From the human T2T-CHM13v2.0 reference genome, Homo sapiens: DNA of 64,000 nt. Positions 13,793-30,290 of this stretch are shown here, one piece after another; position 1 is the stretch's first letter, and every line of letters begins with the position of its first letter. The stretch lies in the NCBI RefSeq assembly GCF_009914755.1, contig NC_060931.1; one strand, written 5' to 3'. The notes below the pieces were generated by a model that did not search any database, was not told where the DNA came from, and saw only the letters and a list, made by a program, of their open reading frames with translations. The position numbers and the translations under genes are program-made.

Positions 13793-15807
13793 CTTTCAAC
13801 CTTCATTCATCAGGGAACTTACCTTAATGTCAGACTTGACTATTTCTATCTTGAATTATATTACCTTTCAGAGGCCCTGACCATGGAACAGTATATGTCT
13901 TTTTCTGAATCATTTGAGCAATTTCATTTTCTAATGTGTAATGTTCAGGTGTTATGTGCATTCCCTGCTTTTACATACAGTTTGTTCACATGTAGTTGTA
14001 TTTATTTTATTAGCAAGCATGTAGAGTCATCCAAACTGGGATTGCCATTCTAGATTTCCTACTTCAGTAAAAATGGGGTCTAAAATCAAGCCTGCTGAGA
14101 CTTCTCCAGGTTAAGTGTTACTAAAGACTCTAATATCCTGCATTTCACCCTGTATTTAATAGAGCCACCTAGGGATTCCTTCCTTGTCCTTCCTTATTGT
14201 CTTAGATTAGAACACTTTCCTCCTTACTCTATGAAGGATATTGTCTTGCAGGTTGATCTCTTTAATGGATATTGGACCAGACTCCAAAATACCAGCTGAA
14301 TGTTACAGGCTTACCAAGAGTCAGGGTGGTAGATGTCTCATGATCAATATCTCTGAACTATAAGGCAAAGTTACAGTGCCTCCTGGTTTTAACAGAGGAT
14401 GTTTTCAGAGGCTGAAATTGGAAGGGATTTGTGAATTGTGGCAAGCTTCAATTTAATCATTTTGTCTGCTCAGAAAATACCCCCATTTGAGAGAGAAAGA
14501 ACAGTTAGCTGCCATAGCTTCTACCGTGATCAAGTGAATGTCATAGTATCAATCAAATCTACGAACATTCTGTAAGCATGCTTGACTGTCACTTTAAGTT
14601 ATTACAGGACACACAGAGCCCCCCCATTACCAAGAAAGGAATCCAGGTACTCATGATACATACCATTTGGATTTTTATCATCCATTGCAAGTGACCACAG
14701 AAAATACTCTCACTTTGAGCTAAGTAATTATTCTCACCACCACACTGCTTGTTAGTGGCAAAGTGGAGCCTGAAGCCAAGATCTGCTACCTCCCATTCCA
14801 ATAATCTCTTCTCATTATTCTAAATAATGCTTTCAGGTTTGTTGACAGTAGCTACTTGGTCTAAATTGTTGTTTTGTTGATATATGGGTCTTTTCTTCCC
14901 CGAAGGCATCTTAATTGCTTCCCGTTTTTATTAACTTGGTGTATATGACTTTCATCAAAGCACTTAACTATGTAAACCATCGTCCTGCTCTCCTGAAAGC
15001 CAGGAGGAGGGCAGCTCTACTTTGAATCTGCCTTAGCAATGCTGAATGTGCAAGAGGATCGGGGGAGGAAGGATAGGTTTGCATCTGCTCCTGAAATGTT
15101 CATGACCTTTGCAATAGAATTCCTGGGCCAGAAAACCTGTCTACCTTAAGAGAAAACCTTAGAAATACATTTCACAGATAGATGCTTTGGGACCAGAGAA
15201 AGGGAAAGGAATATTCACAGGTAGAATTCAAACTGGTGACAGACAAGATAAACTCTAAAGTCATATTCACATTACCAAAGGAAAAATTTAAAACAGAAAT
15301 TCAATATTTAGCATTATTTTTATATATGCCTTAATTATTGTCTGAAATAGAAGGTGCTCTGTTCTTTAGTCACAAGCCTATCAATTAACTGTCTTAAATT
15401 AATTGTTAGAAGATATAGTTATAATTTTACTTATAAAATAACAGGATCTTGTCACTAGTTTCATTATGCTCAGAAAAATCTGCTCCTATCTGGTGGCAGC
15501 ATTTCCTGAGGGTATTCAGTTGGCAAACTTAGCCAGACTTAATAAACTGGCTGGGAATTGTCAGGTAATTTCCTTAAAATTAAGCATGATGAATAACCAT
15601 TTCATGTATGGTCTGTTCTGAGCTCTTTAGCTGGTGAAATAAAAATAGACTCCTAATAGATTTTTTTTAATCCAAATTTTACCAAACTCATTTAGAGTGA
15701 ATTTTATAAAATGTGGAATAAATTTTATGAGGATTCTAAGCAGTATAGCCATTTTGGTTATTAAAATTAATTTAAAATGTCTCTGAATTATTCTAAATGT
15801 TTTAAAG

Positions 15808-15833
<26 letters not shown>
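15808..15833. repeat. Poly-T (26)
   Basis: Read directly from the sequence. Confidence 0.97.
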
Positions 15834-15838
<5 letters not shown>

Positions 15839-16542
15839 AACAACATTACTGGAAAATGAAGAAGGATCTACTTGCAGGTCTTAACATAAAACACCATTTT
15901 CCAGATTGTCTTTCAGACTCTCCTATCCCAAATTATTCTGCATCCCATCAGCAAGGGACATTTTCTACAGAACCACTCAGCAGCGAGGCAGACAAGAGGT
16001 TGAGGCTAAAAGAATCCAAGACAAAAACCAGCTGCTGCAGACAAGGTAGAGGAAGAGAACAGACTAGGTGAGCTAAAGATTGAAGGGACACTCATCTTTT
16101 CCGTCAGTGTTTTAGTAATCATTTGATTCTCCTCAACTATTTGGAAATAGATATTCAGCTTCTCTTTTCTTTCTTACAAGATTCCCTTAGTTAAAAGTGG
16201 CTAAGGCTCCCATAACATCTCATCCCCTTAGCAGAATATCCAAGGTCCATCACATTATTGGACCCTCTAGCACATGTTGCTTATACTTGTTATGGTGAAG
16301 CCTGTGCATCAGCAAGTCAGGGAATGTACTATCCCCATTTCCTATTTGATAGGCTATTACTCACAACTCAAGTGTCAGGAAACTTTTCTGTTAAACTTTC
16401 AGGATCCTTCCTGGGAGGCCTATTGCTCCTTTCTCTAGGGTACAACAGCCTGTTGTTCACACAGCTCTGCTAGGACTTATCACCTTGCCATAATTACCTA
16501 CAGCTCCATTAGACTGTGCACACCTTCACCTTGGTATTCCAG

Positions 16543-16956
16543 GGATGTGGTTTGGATATGCGTCCCTCCAAAACTCATGTTGAAAGATGACTGCCAATAT
16601 TGGAGGTGAGGCTGGTGGGAGGGTATTGGATCATGGGGGCAAATCCCTCATGAATGGTTTAGCAACATCACCTTGATGATAAATAAGTTCTTGCTCAGTT
16701 CCTCCACCCAACATCTGGTTGTTTAAGAACCTGTTTCTGCCCCCTTCTCTCTCTCTTGCTCCCCCTGTCACCATATGATACACTGGCTCCCTCTTCAGCC
16801 TCCACCATGATTGTAAGCTTCCTGAGGCCCTCACCAGAAAGACACTAGCACTATGCTGCCTGTGCAGCCTGCAGAGCCATGAGCCAATTAAAGCTTTTTT
16901 CTTTATAAATTACCCAGCCTCAGGGAGTTACAACAACAGAAAAATGGGCTAATACA
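16543..16956 (+). mobile_element. MSTB-type solo LTR within an L2 remnant
   Basis: MST motifs (aactcatgttgaaa, ggatcatggggg, taaattacccag, ctaataca); TSD tccag/cccag. Confidence 0.88.
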
Positions 16957-18121
16957 CCCAGGCACCAGAGTAATGACTGTCTTGCAGTAAGAAACTAACT
17001 CAAAGCACATTTGCTGAATGAAAGAGCAAGTGCACATATGACTTGAAGAATAACAAAGGTGTTTAAATCAAATAATTTAAATATATATAATGCCTTAATT
17101 GCTTCTATCTTAGAGTGTTTAATGGAAATTTAAATTTTCCTTCAACTAATAGATAGTTGTTAAATTCTGCAGAGTAGAAACCCACTAAGAAAATCAATAA
17201 ACTGAACTATTTTTGCTGCAATATTTTAACATGAAGCTAAAGATTAGAGTCAGACCAAAACTTTTCAATAGAATATTTACCTCTCAAGAGCACATGTATA
17301 TAATTCACTTTTAAATAAATTACATTAGGTGTTAATTTGTAGGAAAAAAAATCTGACACTGTAGGCATGTGATCAAAATCATAATATGATTTTTAATTAG
17401 GGACCACTGCAAAGGTAATACTAAACAGTTTGAAATCATAAATAGTTTTGAAACTTCTTATTTCATTTTTGGTATTTATTTCACAAATGGTACGAAGTCT
17501 TCTGGAAACTATATTTTTAGATGTTATTATTCATTATAATTGCTAGAAACAGCATCTTTCCCAGAAAACAAAGTTCAGCTTTTATCTGTATGCAGAAATT
17601 ATTACTACACAATACTTTTCCTCTTATTAATTTCCTCTTTCAAATGGCTAGTGCTAACTTACACAGGTACTTTGAAAAGAAAAAACAAATGATTCTGTTC
17701 TTATGAATATATAGCTAAAAAGCTTCTCTGAATTCCTTTCCTGGCACATTTAACAATACTATAATGTACAGAGAGTAGTTAGCGGGGTGTACACACATGA
17801 CTGTAAAACCCTGAAATACATGTGATAAATTTCTAAACATGAGCCATAACTCTTACTTAGAGTCAGTAATGTCTCATGGCCATATTCAACTATTCACTGC
17901 TTTATGCAGGTGATAGGTGTTCTCTATTGTAAACTTACAGAAACCTGTTGTCTCTAAATTTGAAAATACTGATGCCAAATAAGGAAACAGGAACTTAGCT
18001 TTATTAAATGCGATGCAAGTCCATACAATGAAATAAAGTAGGACATAGCCATGAGTACCAAACTCAGTTATCTGTGTAACTTTGGCTGAGAAAAATGGTC
18101 CCTCTGTGTTCTCACTTCCTT

Positions 18122-18234
18122 GGGCTACCCAGGACAGTCCTGATTTATGCCTCTTGTTCTGGTGTCATTATTAATAGAACTCCTTTGCACTTGCAAACAT
18201 GCTACTATTTGGGTGTACACTTTATGGTCACCTA
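18122..18234 (+). mobile_element. MER94-like hAT-Blackjack element inside a MIR
   Basis: ggacagtcctgatttatgcct...attattaatag...tatggtcaccta. Confidence 0.7.
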
Positions 18235-21200
18235 GTCATCTTCCTTGTAAATGGAGCACTCGACTCTAGAAATAATGTAGTACAAGAGGAGGAAGGAAAT
18301 ACTAGCTTAGTCATTTCTATCAAGTATATATTTTTGCTGAATGTCATAGCCACATTCATTCCTACTTGCAGGAAGCTAGTTTGCAATCAACATAGAGCTA
18401 AACATTATTGCATCTAGTAGAAAGCTAGACATTATTTTAACCTTAGCTTTACTTAAACTTCCAATACATGGCTACTATACCTTTCAACTTAATCAGCATA
18501 TTTGGGGAGAATAAATAATTTATAGATCTCTGAGTACTTCAAAGCAGAAAACTCTGGTGATAGCTTTCAGCTGTTTATATAACATTCCAAATTGTGCTGT
18601 TTAAAATGAAAATTCACTTTGTAAGTTCTGTCTCAGAAATCCAAGGCCTTTTCTTGGTTCCTTTCCTAGAAGTGCTACATTTCATTTTGCACTACCCATA
18701 TCTCTCATGACCTCCTCCCTGATTCCACTGGCCCATGACTACTCCCCCAAGCAGCTTCTGAATTGGCTTCAGGATATCATTGCTTCTTTATATATATCAA
18801 TTAAGAAAGAAACTTGAGGACTGGTGGATATCAAAGGAAGACGATTTATTCTTCTTCAAAGATTGTTTTACATGTTGAATTGTCTCACAAATTAGAAGCA
18901 GTAGATTCAATTAAGTAGAAGTCTTTAGATAGAAGTTGAAATGATGTATTCTCCTGGCAGTGAGTGTAATTTCAAGTGGTCACAGAGTTTCAGTTCTAAA
19001 TGTTTCTACTTGCTTTATTTTCCCTATAAAAATACATAAATATATAGATTCACTGTGCATAAATTTAATTGACATAAATTTACTCAGGGAGAAATCAGCG
19101 AAGTAATTTCTCTGTCTGGTTCACATAATAATTTGCATAGTTAACCAGTAGTGACCTCTTCCTTTTAACAAATAAGTTGTAGTTCATAACCTGAATTTAT
19201 TATTTGTAGGGAATGTGAGTTTATAATTATTTTCCAGGACACGTTTCAAAGCAACAGCATTTCAAAGCAACGGTACGAATCAAGTGTTTTTAAACAATAT
19301 ACGTGCAGAGCAGAAATAACAAATACATGGTTGTGTGCCATCAACCATGCTCTTGAGAAAGGGGAATGAATACCATTTGCCTGAACAATCTGGCCGAGAT
19401 TGTAAATTTGTTCAGATGAATCAATCCAAGCTAAAAAACTGAAAATCACATCAAATGGATGAAAAGTAAAACATATGAAATTCATAAAAACTGAAGTTTT
19501 CAAGCTTTCTTTTTGTTAAGTGACAGAACGTTTTCAGTAAATGAAATATTAGTTGGAAACCTAGATTTTATCTCCATATAAAGGAGGAGATGCTTTAGAA
19601 AGAAAAGGAGGAGAAGAGCAGGACCTTCAATCCCAACGCTCATCCCTCCCTCTCATTCCTTAATACTGTACTGCTTTTTACAGGGTTAATCTAACATCGA
19701 AGGGAAGGGCAAGAAAGAAGAGAACTTGGCTCAGCTATCTACAGTATGTTATTTATAATGTATTATGGTGTGAGGAAAAAAATGCTTCCTTTACAAGGCT
19801 AGGGTTTCAAAAAATAAAATCTGCAGCTGCTAAACATAGAAACTAAAAGAAACTCTCTGATTAAGAGCATTAACGATAAGGTAAGTGTTGCCCTGAGTCA
19901 TTTTTTTCTGATTTATATGTTTAAATTCAAATGAGTTCAAATTAGGCATTAACTGATAGCAAGTTTGTTTGTTACTAAATATAGTGACTCAACTAATTTT
20001 GAGTAGATCTTACATTATCTGTGCTAACAGGTGCATAGAAGAGAAAATGAAATGGATTGAGCAACACTTTAGGAACATCTGGAGAAGATATTTAACTTGT
20101 ATTCCTCACAAAGTAGTCTGATTGCCTTTTTATCTTCATTTACAATTTTTATTATGATCTTTTGGTATAAAAGTCATGTATGCAACACACCTGTTTAAAG
20201 CTATGTTACATATGGAATATTTAAAATTGGCAACTTCCAGTAATGATATTCATTGCATACATTACACATATTGAAGAGGGTTCATTGGGAATTTGCAAAT
20301 ACATTTTCAATGGGAATGATATGCAAGATGGAAGTACTGAAGTTACTATAAGAGGGCCTTAATGATGCTTTTTCCCTTTTAATATTATTAATATTGATTC
20401 ACACAATGTAAACATTCCTAAATCAACTAAAAAACCCTTTACATATACACACACATAAACTAGTCCTTGTACTACAAATATGTGGTCTGATTGGCAAATA
20501 TTTTAAATAAGCCACTATAATTCTGGAAATAGATCTCTCATAAGCTAGGTCCTAATCTATTTACAGAAGCATGGTGAGTTTAGCAGATGTTTGAAGAGTC
20601 TAACAAGTAGAAGATGAGAGAAAGGACCACTATAAGTAGGAACTTAGTGTTTTTGTTACTTGAATGACTCATTTAGTGGTTGTTACAAATTTTATTTAAA
20701 TACTAGGGTTCTATATACGGTATTGTAATGTTTATATTATGTAATTGTGGGGGACTCCAATGATGCCTCACTTTTCTCACCAAAGTATAAAAACCGAAAC
20801 TACTTCTCTCCCATTTATATATACTTCTCTGGATTTTATACTACAAAATAAAGGCTACCAACATTCTCCAGATGAATTGCTTCTGAATATATAAGTTTAG
20901 GGTTGCCAGAAGAATGGCAGGATACTGAAATATGTTAGTTATAGCTGACAGCATTTCTGCCAAGAAAATCAGAAACCTCCTAATCAGAGTAAATACTAGG
21001 ATACTTCCCCCACATTTCTTCTATAACTTTTGCTTTTAATGTCAATTAGTAAAGCAAAAAACACAGGCTAATAAGGGAGTAAAAGAACCAATAAAATAGT
21101 TTATTAAATACTAGCTAATAAGCTAATTTACCTCCAGAACATGACTTATACAAGTTATCAATGAAATTAGAATGAAAAACAGATCCCTAACATGGAGAAA

Positions 21201-22599
21201 AGCTTACATTAATTATGACTTCAAAAGCAACCCATTCAGTGAACTTTTGAGAGCCCATCCTTCTAATAGACTTCTCCCTTTAGGCTCTTGTATGCTTTAC
21301 TTGGTTCTACATCCTTTCTGCTTTCCAGCAGGAGGTGAATTCAATGTTTGGAACCTTTCTTTTGTTTCTTTTTTCTAAAAAAAAAAATTTTTACTTAATT
21401 CTTTGGAGACATTTCCATCATTTCCTTAGGCGCTAGGTAGCATTTCAGAGCCAATAATCTCCACATTCAACTTTCTGTCTTATGTATCATCCCATGGTAA
21501 ATTCCAGTGGGATGACCCCCAGCTACTGTATCGCAAATGCATTCACATCAACTCATCTTGCCTTAGAAACACCTCCTTTATCCAACATTCTTCTCTGTCA
21601 ATGCCATGTTTTTAGGTTAAAGATCTTGCAATAATCTTTGACAGTTCTCTCTTTTAATACTCATAAATTTTCTTTATATTAAAAATACTAATGAAAGTTT
21701 TTTCTTTCTTTTTCATTCTAGTCACCATGACCTCTAAGCCCTCATTAGTGACCCTTTGATTCTGGTTTCTCCTTATGCTAATTAATCCTACTGAAAGAAA
21801 ATGACATAATGACCCTATAACTTACTTATTCCAGAAACTTCAATTGTTTTCTAACATCTTTCATGAGTATTTCACATTCGATAATATAAAGTCATCCTAC
21901 TTTCTCTTTCATACTTTCAAAAGTTGGTATTCAGTAGCTATATCACTTTGTATTCCCACAGTACTTAAAAAGAGATCACTGTATATAATTGATTTCTGCA
22001 TATAAATGTAGATGTTCAATTAATCGTTATTGCTTTTCATCTTGCTGGAAGGGGTCTCATTGCTCCAGCCTATCAGGGTCATTTTGAATCTATACTAAAT
22101 TCTCTGAGGCATTATTTATACCCCTCTGCTTTACTATCATTATATCAGATAAACACAGAAGATACGTCTTCCTTTAAGTTTGCAAGGAAAATATGGAACG
22201 ACCCAGAGCCAAGGCAAAAAATCTCAGCCATACCTCTACACATGTCTCTCCAACTATCAGTCATTCATTAAGACAATGACCAAGTTTTAAACCAACCAAC
22301 TAGGTTCACATAACTATGACTATGCAGGACAAAACTGTCTCGGGAAACACTGTCAACTCTTGAAAATTAAGGCACATAGATGTATAGGGTTATAGTGATC
22401 CACAGACCCAGAAATGTATTAAAAAGGAAATGAGTCATTACCCATTACGCTTTTCAGTTGATACATAGAGTTTATCACATTATCTTCTGCATGCAAATAA
22501 ACCAACTATATAAATGATTTCGTTATATCTGGAGTTGATACAACTTTGTTTCATATTTTCTAGTGAGAAACAAAATTATTAAAGATTTTAATATATTAC

Positions 22600-22886
22600 T
22601 TTTTTTTTTTTTGAGATGGAGTTTTGCTCTTGTTGCCCAGGCTGGAGTACAATGGTGTGATCTTGACTCACTGCAACCTCCGCCTCCTGAGTTCAAGCGA
22701 TTCTCCCACCTCAGCCACTGCAACCTCCACCTCCCAGGTTCAAGTAATTCTCCTGCCTCACCCTCTCAAGTAGCTGGGATTATAGGCACCTGCCACCATG
22801 CCCAGCTAATTTTTGTAATTTTAGTAGGGTCAGGGTTTCCCCATGTTGGCCAGGCTGGTTTTGAACTCCTGACCTCAGGTGATCCA
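22600..22886 (-). mobile_element. AluSq-like, 5'-truncated, with an internal 47-bp tandem duplication
   Basis: gctcttgttgccc diagnostic; cactgcaacctcc... unit occurs at 22669-22715 and 22716-22762. Confidence 0.93.
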
Positions 22887-23441
22887 ATATCTTTATAAAA
22901 TAGAGATTAGTATGTTTAAAAAAGAGATAGGAGAGAGAATAGAGCCATTTAACTTTCTTCCTGAGCTGAAATGTTCATTAAGAGAAACAGAGAATGAAGG
23001 AAACAACCACCAACCAAACAAAACTTACCTATTTGCTCCTAAAGAATTTGTGGAATGCTACTGCAAACTATTGTCTTCTGAAATAATATAAAATAGTGCC
23101 ACAACTAATAAATATTCAAGAAATGAAATCCTTTAATAACAACGTTCAATGTATGAATGAAAACAGAACATCCTTTATAGACTATGATAAGTACAAATAT
23201 GGGTTTTGAAACTTTACCTCAATAAACAGCTTCTCTTTTTCTCTTTCTTTTTTGAAGGGAAACAGGGCTAATATGAGGTAAAATTTAAAGGATGAATCAG
23301 ATAGATATCGGTTTAAATTTTGGCTCCGTCATTTACCAGCTGCATGAACTTGGTCAAACCATTTTTACTTCTCTATGCCTCAGTTTTCTCTTTTGTAATG
23401 AGGATGATAATACCTACCCTATTGGCTTGCTGTGAATATTA

Positions 23442-23786
<345 letters not shown>

Positions 23787-24618
23787 TCATCATCTGTAAC
23801 GTGGTATCTATTTATTAAGCAGTCACTATTTTACTCGTTCTTTTAGTTGTCTTATTTGTTGTCCACTCACAACTCACTCCACTTTTTTTTTCAACTTTCT
23901 TTTTCACCTGTGACCCCCTCACCTTTTCACTGTCCTGTTGTTCTTCCCTCTAAATCTTGAAAATGGAGAAGCAGTAGATATGCTGCTCAATTTAGTAGAT
24001 TATTTTATTAACAGTACGTTAGCATGAGGGCATTTGTTACAATGAAATATTTGATTTAACACCTTCATTTCTAAAATTGGAATGAAAAGATTTATCTCTA
24101 AAGAAATTCTAAACACCAGAAAGTGAGTGAGACTATATTATTTTAGCCAAAATATAGAAAGGCCAAGATAACCTAAAACACCATTGTTTAGTGTTTTTAA
24201 GAACATTGGTTTGAAGGAGGAAAACAAGTTAATCATTAAAATGCCTACCAATTATTGAACAGCTATTATGTGCCTGGGATATGCTTTAACATACAACATT
24301 AAAATTTCATTGCTCATGTACTCAAATATATTATAAAAGTTATCCTCATTTTATACAGGAGAAAACTAAGGATTTGAAAAGGTAGTTATTTTGTCTAAAG
24401 TCACAGAGCCAGAAGAGGAAAACAGGACTTGAACTTAGGTCTACTGACTCCCAAGTTTGCGCTGTCAATCATGGAGTTATATAGTACTTTGATCTGTACC
24501 TCCCACAGAAACTGTTTCACTGAGCAAAAGAAAGCAGAAACTAACACTGACTGAGTGGCTACTGTCCCAGATATTATGCCTATGAAAATATCTGCTAATG
24601 CCTATTGTCACAAGTTAC

Positions 24619-26121
<1,503 letters not shown>

Positions 26122-26179
26122 TAGAGGAAGATGAAGTAATGGGGACGAAAGCTTCACTGATCACAGAGCTCTCCACACT

Positions 26180-26631
26180 TGTAGTAGGCAGACACTATTT
26201 CGTTTCCTCCTAGAATGCTTCCCAGACTCCTGGTTGTATTCCTTTGGGAATTCTTTCCCATTTATATGGTTATGGTGGGACTGTGAATCAAGGTGTGTGT
26301 CCCATCCAAGCCTCAAATGAGTGTGCATATAAGATAGTTGGGGTAATCAGTCTTTCCCAAGGCTGCTTGGTGTGAACAAGAGCTAAAGTTCTCTTACTCA
26401 TTTACGCTAATGGAGGCAATGTGATGGGAGAATAAAGCCAACAAAGTAAGAGAAGTAGAGAAAAGTCGAGCTGAAAGAGGAGAGATACAGTGACAGAGCC
26501 ATGACACAGTATCAGTCCTGGATCTAGATATGCCTGAAGCCAGAGACTTACAAATTCCTTTTTAAATTTTTAATAGTCTACTTTGAGTTGGGTTTCATTC
26601 ATAGGTGCCTGAAAGAGTTCTAACTGAATCA
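26180..26631 (+). mobile_element. Old MLT1 (J/K/L-type) LTR
   Basis: cctggatctagatatgcctgaagccag, tttgagttgggttt, gaaagagttctaactga 3' motifs. Confidence 0.65.
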
Positions 26632-26752
26632 CTTCTTTTTTGAAAAAATGTTCTTATCTTTCTCATCTCCCTTTTTTGGCTAAACACCAGTTGTGCCCAT
26701 TTACAATGTCCCCCAGACTTTTTTTTAAAAAATGTTTTGTATATATTAAATA

Positions 26753-28118
26753 ATTTATTATTATTATTATACTTTAAGTTTTAGGATACATGTGCACAAC
26801 GTGAAGGTTTGTTACATATGTATACATGTGCCATGTTGGTGTGCTGCACCCATTAACTCGTCATTTAGCATTAGGTATATCTCCTAATGCTAACCCTCCC
26901 TCCTCCCCCCACCCCACAACAGTCCCCAGAGTGTGATGTTCCCCTTCCTGTGTCCATGTGTTCTCATTGTTCAATTCCCACCTATGAGTGAGAACACATG
27001 GTGTTTGGTTTTTTGTCCTTGTGATAGTTTGCTGAGAATGATGGTTTCCAGCTTCATCCATGTCCCTACAAAGGACATGAACTCATCCTTTTTTATGGCT
27101 GCATAGTATTCCATGGTGTATATGTGCCGCATTTTCTTAATCTGGTCTATCATTGTTGGACATTTGGCTCATTTTCAAGTCTTTGCTATTGTGAATGGTG
27201 CCACAATAAACATACGTGTGCATGTGTCTTTATAGCACATGATTTATAATCTTTTGGATATATACCCAGTAATGGGATGGCTGGGTCAAATGGTATTTCT
27301 AGTTCTAGATCCCTGAGGAATCGCCACACTGACTTCCACAATGGTTGAACTAGTTTACAGTCCCACCAACAGTGTAAAAGTGTTCCTATTTCTCCACATC
27401 CTCTCCAGCACCTGTTGTTTCCTGACTTTTTACTGATTGCCATTCTAATTGGTGTGAGATGGTATCTCATTGTGGTTTTGATTTGCATTTCTCTGATGGC
27501 CAGTGATGACGAGCATTTTTTCATGTGTTTTTGGCTGCATAAATGTCTTCTTTTGAGAAGTGTCTATTCATATCCTTTGCCCACTTTTTGATGGGGTTGT
27601 TTGTCTTTTTCTTGTAAATTTGTTTGAGTTCATTGTAGATTCTGGTTACTAGCCCTTTGTCAGATGAGTAGGTTGCAAAAATTTTCTCCCATTCTGTAGG
27701 TTGCCTGTTCACTTTGATGGTAGTTTCTTTTGCTGTGCAGAAGCTCTTTACTTTAATTAGATCCCATTTGTCAATTTTGGCTTGTGTTGCCATTGCTTTT
27801 GGTGTTTTAGACACGAAGTCCTTGCCCATGCCTATGTCCTGAATGGTATTGCCTAGGTTTTCTTCTAGGGTTTTCATGGTTTTAGGTCTAACATGAAAGT
27901 CTTTAATCCATCTTGAATTAATTTTTGTATAAGGTGTAAGGAAGGGATCCAGTTTCAGCTTTCTACATATGGCTAGCCAGTTTTCCCAGCACCATTTATT
28001 AAATAGGGAATCCTTTCCCCGTTGCTTGTTTTTGTCAGGTTTGTCAAAGATCAGATAGTTGTAGATATGCAGCATTATTTCTGAGGGCTCTGTTCTGTTC
28101 CATTGGTCTATATCTCTG
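26753..28118 (-). mobile_element. 5'-truncated young L1 (L1PA3/PA4-like): ORF2 C-terminus and 3'UTR
   Basis: ORF track gives ORF2 peptides ([22 protein letters not shown]; [26 protein letters not shown]) split by frameshifts; canonical 3'UTR. Confidence 0.97.
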
Positions 28119-28705
28119 AAACTTAACCAATCTCTCTCCTTTTTTTTTTGACCCAGAAACTCCAGGATTCACATATTATATGGTTTTCAGCATATTTAGT
28201 GTTGGTTTAGTTTTTACTGGTAACTTTCTTGGGGTGTAATCTTCCTTACCAGACATGTCAAAAAGTACCCCTAAGTATGCTATACTATTTATAGTTCAGA
28301 TAATAACATTACAAACAAAGTAGTGTGTTTTTGCCACAAGATATACTGCTTCAACTCATTTGAATGTTAAACTTTTGAAAACATTTTATTTTGAAATAAA
28401 AACTCTAAGTTGTAAGACACAGTGTCACTGTCACTGTGATCCTGCTTTTCTTTTATATTAACTAACTTGTATCATCATCCTTATCTAATATGAATTGAAT
28501 TACAAATATGCTACAGGGGAACTCCCTGATCAGGAACAAGCTGAAATAGTACCTTGTTTTCAACATTATACTATTCTGCTCCATCTCTGAAAATGCAAGG
28601 ACACATTCATTAAACAGGCTTGTGAGAAAACAGTCATACATGGTAAAGGTAAATTTATTCAATTTGATTTGTAATTATATTTAAAATTAATACTCTGTGT
28701 TAGTC

Positions 28706-29337
<632 letters not shown>

Positions 29338-29971
29338 TAAATTCATGCATAATATCAAATCTAGTACTCCAAATGTGATTAACAAATAATGTTTTTTAGC
29401 ACTTTGGTTAGCAACGTAATGCAACTTTCAGGATTATTAAATCCATCTCCATTTATTCTCCATCTCTATTCACACAACAGAGTAACCTGTCATGAATTGC
29501 AATTATATTTATTACAACTGACCCTCAGAAAGAACTAGTTTAAGTTTGCTTAGTGGTGACAGAAGGCAATTATAATGATAGCCATTTCAATAGGGATGCT
29601 TTAAATACGATGCTTGCAGAAAATAAGTCTCACTGCTTTAACAGAATAGGCCACAGAACTTTAAAGATGCAAAATGACAAAAAGACCAAAGATATTATAG
29701 TATTAAATGAAAAATTCAGAAGGCAATATTAATGTGAACTTAGTCATAATAATGAAAGAGGTTTCAGAGCAAGAAGATAAAGGTGTGAAATGAAAATCTT
29801 GCTGGGTGTCAGCAATGAAATGCTGCACATTTCTTGTAAAACATCACTGGGCTAGTTTGCCAAATTAGCTGACAAATGTCTGCCATAATCATGCAATTTA
29901 CACATTTGTACTCATTTTAGAATTAGTCTCACGGTTATTTATTTTTGGAGTTCTGTTAGGTTACGAAAATG

Positions 29972-30290
29972 GGCTAGGCATGGTGGCTCACACTTGTAAT
30001 CTCAGCACTTCGGGAGGCCAAGATGCGAGGATCAGTTGAAGCCAGGAGGTCAAGGCCAGCCTGAGTAAAAAAGTGAGACCCCCCTCACTTTGTTAGACTC
30101 TCTCTACAAAAAAAAAAAAAAAAAATTAGCTGGCCATGGTGGTGGGCACCTGTGATCCTAGCTACTCTGGAGGCTAAGGCGGGAGTGTAACTTGAGCCCA
30201 GGCTTCAGTGAGCTATGACAGCGCCATTGTATAGTCTAGCCTGAGTGACAGAGTGAGACCCTGTCTCTAAAATAAGGAAGAAAAGAAGAG
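29972..30290 (+). mobile_element. AluJ with small inverted insertion
   Basis: AluJ diagnostics (gaggatca, ttgagcccagg, gtgagctatga, gaccctgtctc). Confidence 0.9.

Noticed and set aside
26893-26915. G-quadruplex-like tract on the minus strand
   Set aside because: Known G-rich tract of the L1 3'UTR.
26971-28075. L1 ORF2 peptides
   Set aside because: 5'-truncated and frameshifted L1 with no promoter, ORF1 or RT core.
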